The notes beneath the pieces are model-generated. The model searched no databases and was not told where the DNA came from. It was given only the letters and a program-made list of their open reading frames with translations. The translations under genes and the position numbers were made by a program. Shown here in pieces: positions 32,856 to 42,864 of a DNA stretch of 64,000 nucleotides. Position 1 is the stretch's first letter; every line of letters starts with the position of its first letter. Source of the DNA: Diplonema japonicum (Eukaryota > Protista > Euglenozoa: Diplonemea); contig OZ025669.1 in the NCBI GenBank assembly GCA_964019335.1, positions 434,001 to 498,000 of the forward strand, read 5' to 3'.

Positions 32856-33440
32856 TCAAGAAAGTCCAGGCAATAACTCGTATTTCAGGGTGCGATTTCG
32901 TATAGGGGATGTAGGGAGGACGGTCTTGTGAAGAGCCGCCAGGTACTTCGCGGACTTCGACGGGGAAGCCGATCGAGACCTTGACCGCGACCGCGACCGG
33001 TGACGTGTTGCAGCACCGTTCACAGATGTGAAGACAACAGGAACATGCGTAAAGTGTTTAGATTTCCAGTAAGTGCAAGCATCAGGAGGGACCCCTCTGT
33101 GGGGGTACGTGGTGATGATGTAGCCAGCACCTGAGCAGAAGTCACGCATGCTATTAGTGATCCTCCAATACCCATTGGGCGTGCTGTACAGCCACCTATT
33201 ACACTCCATTGCCTTCCAGTAGGGGTAGCCGTTGACGTGTTCTCCGCACTGCACGTACCTCCCGCTGCAGTGCGAACACCTGCCTGTCACCTCCACCGCA
33301 TAGTAGGGCGGGTCCTGGCTGCTCTTAACCTTCGTTCGTAGATTTGTCATTGGCGGTACGCTTGGTGCTACAATATCTACAGGCAGGGAATCGTCAGCGC
33401 TCTCGCTCTCGCTTTCATAAAGTGTTGGTGATGAGCTCAT
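32856..33440 (-). CDS. Hypothetical protein with Trp/Tyr-rich domain and RS tract
   Basis: 194-aa ORF containing NGYPYWKA..RWLYSTPNGYWRIT and RSRSRSRSRS. Confidence 0.68.
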   Translation of the reverse strand: MSSSPTLYESESESADDSLPVDIVAPSVPPMTNLRTKVKSSQDPPYYAVEVTGRCSHCSGRYVQCGEHVNGYPYWKAMECNRWLYSTPNGYWRITNSMRDFCSGAGYIITTYPHRGVPPDACTYWKSKHFTHVPVVFTSVNGAATRHRSRSRSRSRSASPSKSAKYLAALHKTVLPTSPIRNRTLKYELLPGLS

Positions 33441-33552
33441 AAGTTAGGTCCCCTCCCAACGTACCTTTGGAAGAGGGTAAAAATAAAAATAAAATAAAAA
33501 AAAACTGAAGAAAAAAAAAAAAAAACCACGTAAAGCTCTCAGAACGATCAAA

Positions 33553-33678
33553 AAAAATAAAAATAAAAATAAAAATAAAAATAAAAATAAAAATAAAAAT
33601 AAAAATAAAAATAAAAATAAAAATAAAAATAAAAATAAAAATAAAAATAAAAATAAAATAAAAATAAAAATAAAAAAA
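33553..33678. repeat. (TAAAAA)n hexamer microsatellite
   Basis: About 20 tandem copies visible directly. Confidence 0.95.
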
Positions 33679-34091
33679 AACCAATTGCAAGATAATATAA
33701 AAGCAAAAAGGGAAAGATGGCCATGAAGGGCCTGGGCGAGAACTATGTAGCAAAGGGGGGGGGGGGGGTGGTTATTATTTCCTCTTTTTTCTTTGGTGTA
33801 AAAGGGGGAAAGGAAAAAAAAAAGGGGGGAAAAAAAAACACTCAAAAAATCTCCTTTTTTTGTTTTGCTTCGTTAAGTTTTCGCTTTTTAAAAAGCCAAT
33901 GTGTTTTTCTTTCTTTTTTTTTTTTCCTCCGCTCAAATAATTTCTCCTTTTCTTTTTTTTTTAAACATAAAACCCAGGTTCTCTGGGGAAGAAAAAAAAA
34001 TGGAAACACCCCCCTGAAGGTTAGTAAAAAAGAAATAGGGATAGGGCAAGAATCTTTTTTTTTTTTTTTTGGTTTCCCCTTCTTCTTTTTT

Positions 34092-34121
34092 TTAACGCCC
34101 GTATGTGCTTTCACCGCTGTA

Positions 34122-34157
<36 letters not shown>

Positions 34158-34556
34158 CTCCCCATCCTTCAAACATACTTTATGTACAGAAAGCCATCCT
34201 CATCCTTAGATTCGTTGTAAAGAGATTGCATAAGTGCAGCTGTGTAATGATTTTCTTTTTAATATTTCAACTCATATACCAGTTGGAGGCAGCATCCCAT
34301 CCACAAACAAGAACAATGCCTTCTCCGGCTCCAGCCTGATCCTTTTCCTTACAACATAGATAAACTGACCAACATTCAGGTCCATAGGGACCAAATATTT
34401 CGTCTTGTCAATATTGGGCACGTCCGACTGGGAGTGCTTCTCACAGATAACTGGGATCCGGTCAGGGTACTTTTTCAATATCCTCTCGGCCTCGGTTTTC
34501 CTTGTTTCCAGAGACCTTCCCTGTTTGTACTGGTACTCTTGGCTGCCACGGCCCAT
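34092..34556 (-). CDS. ATG8: Autophagy protein ATG8 (3 exons)
   Basis: [12 protein letters not shown] and [21 protein letters not shown]. Introns 34240-34279 (40 nt) and 34123-34178 (56 nt) restore [18 protein letters not shown] with the lipidation Gly. Confidence 0.96.
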
Positions 34557-34855
34557 TTTTTTTTTTTTTTTGTTTTTGTTTTCCCTTTTTTTTTATTCTT
34601 ATTTTTAAAGTTCTGCGTCAAAAAAAAAAAAGAAAAAAAAAAAAAAGAAAAAAAAACACGGAAATAAAAAAAAAACGAATAAAAACAGCAAAAAAAAAAA
34701 ACCACAATTTTTTTTTCTTTTCCTTCTTTTTTTTTTTTTTTTTTTTTTTTTCTTCTTCATTTTTTGAGCACGTTTTAAAGTCAATAGAACAAAAAAAAAA
34801 AAAAAAAACATTTTTTTTTTCAATAATAAAAATGGGAAAGAAGGGGAGACAAACA

Positions 34856-34895
<40 letters not shown>

Positions 34896-34896
34896 A

Positions 34897-37029
34897 TCAA
34901 TTTTTCTTCCTGGACTTTTCATCCAAACGGATAAGCGGAAAGGGCTTCGCGGTGCCTGCCTGTTCTGAGGGGCTGTTGGGGTCGACGTACTGCGCCGCAG
35001 CGGAGAGAGGGCAGGTGAGGTTTGTGAGAATCGATTTGTTCTGAGCAATGCCCGAGTCACGGATCATCCGGACGGCGTAGCGGATGATGTCGGCATCGCT
35101 GTCCACGACACCAAGATCAGAGAGACCGTTAATCCTTGCAGAGGCGAAAACAGAGGCTGGGGTAGGTGCAATTGCAAGCTTAGGCGGGACGGCACGCTTT
35201 GAGGAATCATCAATTGGAGGAGAATCGCTCCGAGACTGTGTTGGCACCGACGACCCCATTGAATTCCCTTCACTGCACGCAGCCAGCGACTGTACTGAAC
35301 AAGGCGAAGGGTCGAATGTCCCTGGTGTCAGGCCATTTGCCGGACTCATTGACGCTTCACAAAAGGATCCTGTAAAGTCCTGCGGAACACCCCCAGACCC
35401 ACCGACCCCTGTTACTGTCGGCAACGGTCCTCTTAACAAAGTACTATGATACACAACCGCTGCTGTTAGCCCTACTTGCAACAACCATGCTTGAACAAAA
35501 CTTGTAAACGCCTTGTCGCTGTCCCATTCCTTTCCTTTCCCGAATAGTTCCTCCAACCATTTTCCATGGTACCTGCACCCGTTGTACTCACCTGTTTCAG
35601 CGTCAAACGTTGTCACGTACTTCGCAATGGGCTTCCTGAGGTTCGTGACGGAGGGTATCCCGCACAGTCGGATCACGCTCAGGTCCTGGAGGGATATCTC
35701 TGCTGTTGTGAAGGGTATCACGCCCTCTATCTCGCCGGAGCCCATCATGAAGGTCCGCAGGATGTTGATGATGGACCGCACGCTGCCGTCCTTCGCCTCA
35801 GAACCTTCCCCACCGATGACAAAGACAGGACGGCCCTTCAACAACGCGTACACCACGTGTTTAAGCGATTTAGGGTACAATGTGAACAGCGCGTGAAGAT
35901 AAGGAGCAGGTGGGTGTGAGTATGGCGACACAAGACTGATATGCGGGATATCCGTCTGCGCGGCATAAGAAGCGTCTGACTGCAGATCGGTACCAAGTGT
36001 CAACCGCCCACCGAAGCCCATAGTCGTTCCTGGAAGGACCGATTGGTGCGCGGACCTCCAATCTTGCTCCATGAGCATGAGGTCCATTTCAGGTCTGTCG
36101 ATGACCTGTATGATGAGAACCAGTCGGGTTAACCCGCTGAGCCAAACTTCCGTTCCCACCCAGTCCTCTAGGTGGAGGAGTGCCTCTTGCGAGGGTGTTT
36201 TTTCAAGAAAATTCGTCAGGAAGTCCACCCATCCTGATATCGCAAGGTTTTTCAGCCCAACGTGGGCTCGTTCGTCCTCCACAGCGCAGTCGGGGGATTG
36301 TTTTTTTACCGCGCCGATCATTTGTTGCAGGTTGACGCGTTCTTTTTCCATCTCCCCCACTGGGATGTCCGCGTCTGTCTCAGTTCCCCGCCATAACCCG
36401 CCAAGGCGAGAAAACCACGACCCCGCACCTGAATCGGGGATAGAGCTGGAATCATCTGTTGCAGCATCTGACTGAACAGCTGTGACGCTTCGCTTGTTTT
36501 TGTAGAAGTTCAAAACGGAATTGGTGCCCTTAATAATGAGGGAAGCACGTGACACGAAATACCTGTAAGCGCCTTCCTTCCATGGGGTCACCGAGTCTGC
36601 CGTCCAGGACTTGAGCTTGGTGAAGTACGGAACCAGTTTAGACGCTTGCTGCGTGAGGTATATGATGCTAAAGGGGCGGACATGCCCTCGAGCGGAGAGG
36701 TCGGGGAGGGTGAATTTGTAGATGAACGCGGCGTATAACCTGTCGAGGAAAGTGACCTCGTGGAGAAGGGCGTGGCAGTCGGGGGGTACCACCCATTCTT
36801 GTTGCTGTTCCCCGACCTTGTGGTAGTGGTGGTCCGCGCTTAACATGCTTGCTACAAACCGCATCACGTCGTCTTTAACCTTGAAATCCTGCTGCTCGTA
36901 AAATTTCTCCGCGAGAAAATACCCTTTTCCATCCAAGTACACGATGAGCTTGGGGCCTTCCTTCTCGCAAACCTCGCAGACGAGGATGATGTCCATGTCC
37001 TGCGATCCATCAGGGTCCACGTCGCACAT
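34897..37029 (-). CDS. SMCR8/folliculin-family DENN protein
   Basis: N-terminal longin-like LVCEVCEKEGPK, FTLPDLSARGHVRPFSIIY (SMCR8-like ARG-x-VRPF), and HVVYALLKGRPVFV. Confidence 0.75.
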   Translation of the reverse strand: MCDVDPDGSQDMDIILVCEVCEKEGPKLIVYLDGKGYFLAEKFYEQQDFKVKDDVMRFVASMLSADHHYHKVGEQQQEWVVPPDCHALLHEVTFLDRLYAAFIYKFTLPDLSARGHVRPFSIIYLTQQASKLVPYFTKLKSWTADSVTPWKEGAYRYFVSRASLIIKGTNSVLNFYKNKRSVTAVQSDAATDDSSSIPDSGAGSWFSRLGGLWRGTETDADIPVGEMEKERVNLQQMIGAVKKQSPDCAVEDERAHVGLKNLAISGWVDFLTNFLEKTPSQEALLHLEDWVGTEVWLSGLTRLVLIIQVIDRPEMDLMLMEQDWRSAHQSVLPGTTMGFGGRLTLGTDLQSDASYAAQTDIPHISLVSPYSHPPAPYLHALFTLYPKSLKHVVYALLKGRPVFVIGGEGSEAKDGSVRSIINILRTFMMGSGEIEGVIPFTTAEISLQDLSVIRLCGIPSVTNLRKPIAKYVTTFDAETGEYNGCRYHGKWLEELFGKGKEWDSDKAFTSFVQAWLLQVGLTAAVVYHSTLLRGPLPTVTGVGGSGGVPQDFTGSFCEASMSPANGLTPGTFDPSPCSVQSLAACSEGNSMGSSVPTQSRSDSPPIDDSSKRAVPPKLAIAPTPASVFASARINGLSDLGVVDSDADIIRYAVRMIRDSGIAQNKSILTNLTCPLSAAAQYVDPNSPSEQAGTAKPFPLIRLDEKSRKKN

Positions 37030-37116
37030 TTTTTTTTTCCCCCCCCTTCTCCTCCCCCTTTTTTTGTTTGAAAATTTTTGGAGGGAAAAAAAAAAAAAAA
37101 AAAAAGGTGCTTCAGT

Positions 37117-37632
37117 TCAATAAAGCTGTTTAATTTCTATCGGAGAAGGCGCCACATCGTACCGTTCTTTCAAGCTCATATACCCGTCCGCGCTGGAGAC
37201 GGGGTCTTGGTACTCAAATTGGATAAGAGTGTATTTTTCATCTAATGGCAGCGCCTCGAAGAGTTCGAGTAGGACGTGGAATTTATTCGCTAAAGGTATT
37301 AGAGTAGGGTTTTGAGTGTAAGAATCCGTCAATCTGGAAGCGATCTGCCGTGCCAGAGGTTCAGACTCGAGGAACGCAATTATGGCGTCTTGCTTCAATT
37401 GATAGCATATAAAGGCTTTCTCCTTCATCTCCCAGAATCTTTTTTCGATGTTGTGCTTCTCCTTTTGTAAAGTCGAACTTTCGTACTCCTCTTTAATCTC
37501 TTTCATTCGCTCGTTGTACAGCTGCAGCCTCACAGCCGCGGATTCAATTTGGGCTAATTCTTCATCATTGACTAATCTCGTCCCTTGTTTGATATATTTT
37601 ACATTGTGCAAGCTCCGACGGAACGCATACAT
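37117..37632 (-). CDS. Hypothetical protein, possible mitochondrial presequence
   Basis: 171-aa ATG ORF preceded by an A-run. N-terminus MYAFRRSL. Confidence 0.7.
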   Translation of the reverse strand: MYAFRRSLHNVKYIKQGTRLVNDEELAQIESAAVRLQLYNERMKEIKEEYESSTLQKEKHNIEKRFWEMKEKAFICYQLKQDAIIAFLESEPLARQIASRLTDSYTQNPTLIPLANKFHVLLELFEALPLDEKYTLIQFEYQDPVSSADGYMSLKERYDVAPSPIEIKQLY

Positions 37633-37816
37633 TTTTTTTTTTGTTGTCTCTTTTTTTTTTTTTTTTTTTTAAACGTCGATATGATTATTCTCTGGAGAGT
37701 GAAGGGGGGAAAAAAAGGGGGAAACGGGTAATAAAGTAGAGAGCCTTTACAGGTACGTGTTAAAAGAAAAATTAACAAAAAAAGGGGGGGGGGGTAAACT
37801 TTCTTTCTCTTTCTTT

Positions 37817-38354
37817 TTACTCCCAGAAGCATCCAAAACACAATGCACAGCACCAAAGATGTTGATTTTTGAACACAGCTTCTGCGAAATTATCCTTTGG
37901 GAGGGGGGGGGGGGGTTTTGAAAGGAAGAAAAAAAAAAAGAAAAAAAAAAGTACCTGCTCAGGATCCCACAAGCACCTCGAAGCTATTCTTATACCCTGC
38001 CCGGTCGCCTCCGTTATGTTTACTTGTATTACAATCTTGTACCTTTCGTAGCCCATTTGCTTGACCGCCGATTGGATTTCAGTGCAGAGCTCTTTCGTTA
38101 GCTGGCTTTGTTCCACAGGATCGTATTCTTTGCTCTGTTTTCGAGTGTTATTGTTTTTTTTTTTTTTTTTTTTTTTTTCTTACCTGTAATTTTTCCTGCA
38201 AGATCTTCGCCATCGTCATCTCAACGTCCCTCTTCAGAAATTTCGTCCCTTCCCGCGGCTTCATGAGGTATGTCGGGTTGAAAATTTTCACAGTTTGCTG
38301 GCCTTCGGTGTGTCCACCGATTTCACCGTACGTCGCCCCTGGTTTCGCTGTCAT
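37817..38354 (-). CDS. Tctex-1-type dynein light chain (3 exons)
   Basis: PTYLMKP and YERYKIVIQV...GQGIRIASRCLWD...DNFA. Introns 38135-38183 (49 nt) and 37895-37954 (60 nt). Confidence 0.92.
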
Positions 38355-38453
38355 TTTTTTTTTTCCCCCCTCCTCTCAATTTTTTTTTTCTTGCTGGAAA
38401 AAAAAAAAAAAAAAAAAAAAAAGGGCGGGAAAGAAAAAAAAAATTTTTTTTCT

Positions 38454-39161
38454 TCATTTCTTCTTCAGAAACTCCCAGCAGTCTGCGTCCCGACGTAGTT
38501 TTGGAAGCTCAGAGACGGCTTCGATATCAGCCATTTTGGAGGTTGTAGCATACGTGTCTATACATGGAGGGGGTGGTGGAAGAGGTTGTTCCACATTGCA
38601 CTTAGAACGTATCGATGAGGCAGACACCCAATAGTCGGGAGAGTAGGTTGGCTCCGCATAACACTTATCACCGAAGGATTTCAGAGTCAAGCCGTTGCGG
38701 GAGGACTCCACGAGCCGTTTGGAGCCCATCGCGACTTCAACTGTGTTTTCCTTCGACACCGGCGGTACCAAGCTCCTTTTTTGTGTGAACAAAATATTGG
38801 TTTCTTTGCTTGCAGGGGGTTGCACCATGCGTTTCCCCCTCACCACGCTGTACCCGTCCTGCGGGTCTGATTTCGGGTTTATCCCGAACCTCTTCCCGAT
38901 CGGTTTGGATATCGGTGGCTGTTCTGTTTTTACCCCGCCCTTGCCCCTCCATGTCAGCTCTTTACTCCTTCTCTCCTCAAAGGTTTTGCGTCCCAACGGT
39001 TCCACCACTGTTTTCGCTGTGTTTTTTTCGTCGAGGAACGCGGCGAACCCGCCTCGTAAAGAGGACCTCTCCAATGCCGCTGCATCGTGTTCGTTCCGAC
39101 CCTTGGAAGGGATCCTCCACTTCGGGACGCAGCCCAATATGGGCAGCTCGACGTCGGCCAT
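38454..39161 (-). CDS. Hypothetical basic protein
   Basis: About 235-aa ORF from ATG 39161, co-oriented. No domain recognised. Confidence 0.68.
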   Translation of the reverse strand: MADVELPILGCVPKWRIPSKGRNEHDAAALERSSLRGGFAAFLDEKNTAKTVVEPLGRKTFEERRSKELTWRGKGGVKTEQPPISKPIGKRFGINPKSDPQDGYSVVRGKRMVQPPASKETNILFTQKRSLVPPVSKENTVEVAMGSKRLVESSRNGLTLKSFGDKCYAEPTYSPDYWVSASSIRSKCNVEQPLPPPPPCIDTYATTSKMADIEAVSELPKLRRDADCWEFLKKK

Positions 39162-39217
39162 TCCCCCCAACCTCTTTCCTCTCTTAATTTCAAAGGGGGA
39201 ACAAAAAGAGTGCGGGG

Positions 39218-39263
<46 letters not shown>

Positions 39264-39318
39264 AGAATGAACGGAAGTTCATGAAAACGAAGACAAAAAA
39301 AAAAACAAAATATAACAC

Positions 39319-42300
39319 TCACTCAACCTGTGCGGTGTAGTCCGCCAGCGGTGGGTTGTCGAGAAGCCGTTTCGGGGAAGAAGGAGGCAGCAAAGGCTGC
39401 TCCGCGATTTGAATTTTTACAGAAGGGTCTTTTTTCTTCGAGGTTTTGACGGTGGTTCGGAGGAGAACAGGGAGGAATCCATAGGAGGAGGTCCTGCGGC
39501 CGTGCACGTTTTCTCGAAACGATGCGAGCTCAAAGGAGGTCATACCGAAGTTCGCAAGGAAGAGCAGCCCCGAAAAGAGCCCTATGCACACAGCAGCCAC
39601 GACCACAGGTACCTCGTAACGTTCAACAGACACGCGAAGGACAGATTCGTGGACAGCAATGTTGAGGTTCAAAGCGATACCCCTCTTCGCATGAAAGGTG
39701 TCGTACTCCACGGTGTCGCCTAATGCTTGCTTGGTGTATTCTAGGTGGTATCCCTGCCCGGACTTCCCCAAGTAGTAGTCGTTGTAAAGAGAAGGTGTTG
39801 CTTTGATGAAGACATTGGTAGGGAACCCCAGACCCCTGACAAGCTTGTCCTGCGGGATTTCCAATGACCGTGCGTTCTCCGAGTACAACCCTGGGTACCC
39901 TGACAGTGTAGCGAGGGACCACACGACGGTGGACCCCCAGAAGTTGTCCTGGTCAATTCTGAAGGACACCGCGGATGTACTGCCCACCCTGCAGTCTTCG
40001 CACTGATATGTAACAAGACAGTCGAAGCCCTGCGTGCTGCACCGAACACGGCTTTTCTCCAGAAGAGTTATATTCACAACGCTTACAGAGATGCCGTCAC
40101 CACACATGGCTCCCACTGTGCAAACACCTTTGAAGTCCACGATACGTATAGTAGCGTTGATCTCTGATGTGATCGACACAGATGAGACGAACCCGGGTAT
40201 GTAACTGCCCCATTCTGACTGGTCTGCCCAGATTGAAGGAAGAGCGACGGAGGCTGCAATGGCTGCGTATATTATAATAATCAGGACCGAGAACATCCCG
40301 CCGTGCGGCGTGGGTAGTGTCTGGATAAAGCTGTTCTCAGGGTACCTGTGCTTGTCCGCGCATAGTATGTCGACGTATATCCAAGCCCTGATTGATCCAA
40401 GCGCTTTGCACACCGCAAACACCCCGACCACCACCACCACCACCCCGGCACTTATCGACAATATCAAAATCGATGCGTCGTGGATGTCCTTTGTTCTGCG
40501 TTCAACGCTCTTTGGGTGACTGTGTTTTGCTTCAAATGTGCGTAAATGGGTGACGGGACGGGAGCTTCCCACCGTGCATATCTCACCCTCGGGGCATGGC
40601 CTACACGAGCTCTCCCCAGCCTGGTCTTGGAATGACCCCAACGGACACGGCGTGCAGACTGTGAAGTTTACTCCTCCGCGCTTTGCGGAGAACGTTCCTG
40701 CAGGGCATCGTTTGCATTGTTTATTGTTGTAGTACTCACCTGCGGAGCAGGTTACGCAGTTGATGCCTTGGCGTTGGGCGCCAACAGCGCAAGGGTAGGC
40801 TGGGGGGAGCATGCCGACCCAGACGTCATTCGAGAGGTATGTACTGCTGACCTCGTCTGACAGGCTGTGCTTCAAGCCACCGAAGAGTATTAGCTTGTTC
40901 TGGTACCACACCATGGTGTGCCCGGCAAGCCCCGTCACCCATGCCGTGTCGTTCGGGTTGTGCGACATAGCAACGTCACCGTGCGAGTATTGCACGGCTG
41001 CTGACTGCGTCATTAGCCCTTCGGCAGCGCCTCCCACTGCAATCAGCCCTGCCTCGTCTGCCATCACTGCCGTCAGTAACTCTGCCGCGTGCTCCAACCT
41101 TAGCCCTGTTTTTGTCCACTCCTTCGTCGTCACCTCATACATGTTCACCCTGTCAGAGGAGTGCAGCGACGGACCACGCCCGCCCACAGTCAAGAACCCG
41201 TCCCCGTACGGGAGAACAGCCGCCCTCGTCAGTGGGCCTGCTCCACCCCGCTTCCTGGAGTTTGCACCCGAAATCCTGCTCCAAGTTATTGTTTCGAAGC
41301 TGAACGCCCACAAGTCCATCAGGATCGAGGAGTCGACCTCACCGCCGTACATGTACAGTGTGTTCTTCACAATGACGAGCCCCATGAAGGACCGAGCCTC
41401 TGGTTTAGAGCCCGTCACCTTGATCTCGACCCATTCCTCGTCAACGTAGTGGAACTCCCACAAGTCGGACATCTGCCCACGGAACCCGATACCACCGAAG
41501 ATCAGCATACTGGAATAGGCGGATACCGCTCCGTGCCCGTACCGTCCCAAGGGCTGCACGCGGCCATCCAAGGGCCGCCATACGTAGGTTTCAAGGTTAA
41601 GCATCCATGTGTCGGCAAATAGGGTCGGGCAAGGTTGTCCATCAGTGCCTCCAAATATGTACATCCTGTCCTCACGCAGAACGGCAGCATGGTTACTACG
41701 CGGAGGTGGGGTGGCAAGGTTATCCTGTAGTACTTCCACAGATTTGTTCGTGTGGACGAGGTAAAAGGCGCTTGACAGCTCACGCGACGTGGAGTTCTTC
41801 CCACCATAGACATACACACCGTCATTGGTAGGCAGTGCACACGAGCCTTCGCTGATAATGGGGTGGGACCCCTCGTGCTTCCATGCCGCGGCTGTGATGT
41901 TGTACGTCCAGATGTCAGTGAGGACGGCTTTGTACCAGCCACCGATGAGAACGAGCTCCGTTGGTGTGAGTCGCTTCAAGACGTGCCCCCTTCGTGGGGA
42001 CGGTTGCGGAGTGTGGTGCGGGAGGGCGGTCCACAGCGAAGAGGTGAAATTAAACACCCACATCGTGTTGTCTTGGTAGGTCTCTGCAGTAATCCCACCA
42101 AAGATATAGAGAGACAAGGTAGCGGGGACGTATGCAGCATCATGTGAAAGTGCAGCAGGGGGGAGGACTGACGTCGCAGGGTGGACTTCAGACCATGTTT
42201 TGGTGTGGAGATCGAACAACCACAGATCGCTCAGGGGCCCTGTGGCACCCTCTCCGCCATAGATACCCAAAGACGAGGGAAGTTCAAAACACGCAGCATG

Positions 42301-42687
42301 CACACGTGGGGGTGGTGTGATAGTGTTGGTGATGATGTCCCATGTGTCGTCGGAAAGCATCCAGAAGTCATCAAGCAAAGAGCTACCAACACCGCCGCTG
42401 AAGATGTAAAAACTGCCGTGTGCTTCCCAGGTGCAGCTCCCAGACCGTGCTGCGACGCCTTCCGCCTCTCGCCGTTCCCACGTCTGCTCTGTTGTGTTGT
42501 AACTGAACATGCTTCCCATCACTTCGTTCCCGTCATATCCAAGCATCACGTCATACTCGTCGCCCGCTCCCACCATGGAACACCCTGTCCGCCTCCCCGG
42601 GCCTGTTCCTCGCAAAGGGCGCATCGACCATGTCATTTCCTCTACAATGCTCACCACACAGTGTACCACCACCACAGAGAACAGCAT
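39319..42687 (-). CDS. Kelch-repeat membrane protein with Cys-rich GCC2/GCC3 (ephrin-receptor-like) repeats
   Basis: Repeated YIFGG/IYGG...DLW kelch blades, CPAGTFS and CPLGSFQD Cys repeats, three hydrophobic segments. Confidence 0.88.
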   Translation of the reverse strand: MLFSVVVVHCVVSIVEEMTWSMRPLRGTGPGRRTGCSMVGAGDEYDVMLGYDGNEVMGSMFSYNTTEQTWERREAEGVAARSGSCTWEAHGSFYIFSGGVGSSLLDDFWMLSDDTWDIITNTITPPPRVHAACFELPSSLGIYGGEGATGPLSDLWLFDLHTKTWSEVHPATSVLPPAALSHDAAYVPATLSLYIFGGITAETYQDNTMWVFNFTSSLWTALPHHTPQPSPRRGHVLKRLTPTELVLIGGWYKAVLTDIWTYNITAAAWKHEGSHPIISEGSCALPTNDGVYVYGGKNSTSRELSSAFYLVHTNKSVEVLQDNLATPPPRSNHAAVLREDRMYIFGGTDGQPCPTLFADTWMLNLETYVWRPLDGRVQPLGRYGHGAVSAYSSMLIFGGIGFRGQMSDLWEFHYVDEEWVEIKVTGSKPEARSFMGLVIVKNTLYMYGGEVDSSILMDLWAFSFETITWSRISGANSRKRGGAGPLTRAAVLPYGDGFLTVGGRGPSLHSSDRVNMYEVTTKEWTKTGLRLEHAAELLTAVMADEAGLIAVGGAAEGLMTQSAAVQYSHGDVAMSHNPNDTAWVTGLAGHTMVWYQNKLILFGGLKHSLSDEVSSTYLSNDVWVGMLPPAYPCAVGAQRQGINCVTCSAGEYYNNKQCKRCPAGTFSAKRGGVNFTVCTPCPLGSFQDQAGESSCRPCPEGEICTVGSSRPVTHLRTFEAKHSHPKSVERRTKDIHDASILILSISAGVVVVVVGVFAVCKALGSIRAWIYVDILCADKHRYPENSFIQTLPTPHGGMFSVLIIIIYAAIAASVALPSIWADQSEWGSYIPGFVSSVSITSEINATIRIVDFKGVCTVGAMCGDGISVSVVNITLLEKSRVRCSTQGFDCLVTYQCEDCRVGSTSAVSFRIDQDNFWGSTVVWSLATLSGYPGLYSENARSLEIPQDKLVRGLGFPTNVFIKATPSLYNDYYLGKSGQGYHLEYTKQALGDTVEYDTFHAKRGIALNLNIAVHESVLRVSVERYEVPVVVAAVCIGLFSGLLFLANFGMTSFELASFRENVHGRRTSSYGFLPVLLRTTVKTSKKKDPSVKIQIAEQPLLPPSSPKRLLDNPPLADYTAQVE

Positions 42688-42864
42688 GTGCAGAAGAAAT
42701 TCCTGATTTGGCAGCTTGACAAGAACACTAGAATGTAAGGAGAAAGCACATACACAAATAAACTTTTTTGTTTCTTTTTTTCTTTTTTTTTTTTTTTTGC
42801 ACCGGCTCTGAAAAGAGTGGTGTGGTCTGTTCTCCTCATCACGTAAACCCTCGAGGCTCTTCGT

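Noticed and set aside
33553-33678. Tandem AATAAA as multiple polyadenylation signals
   Set aside because: AATAAA is on the non-coding strand; it is a simple microsatellite.
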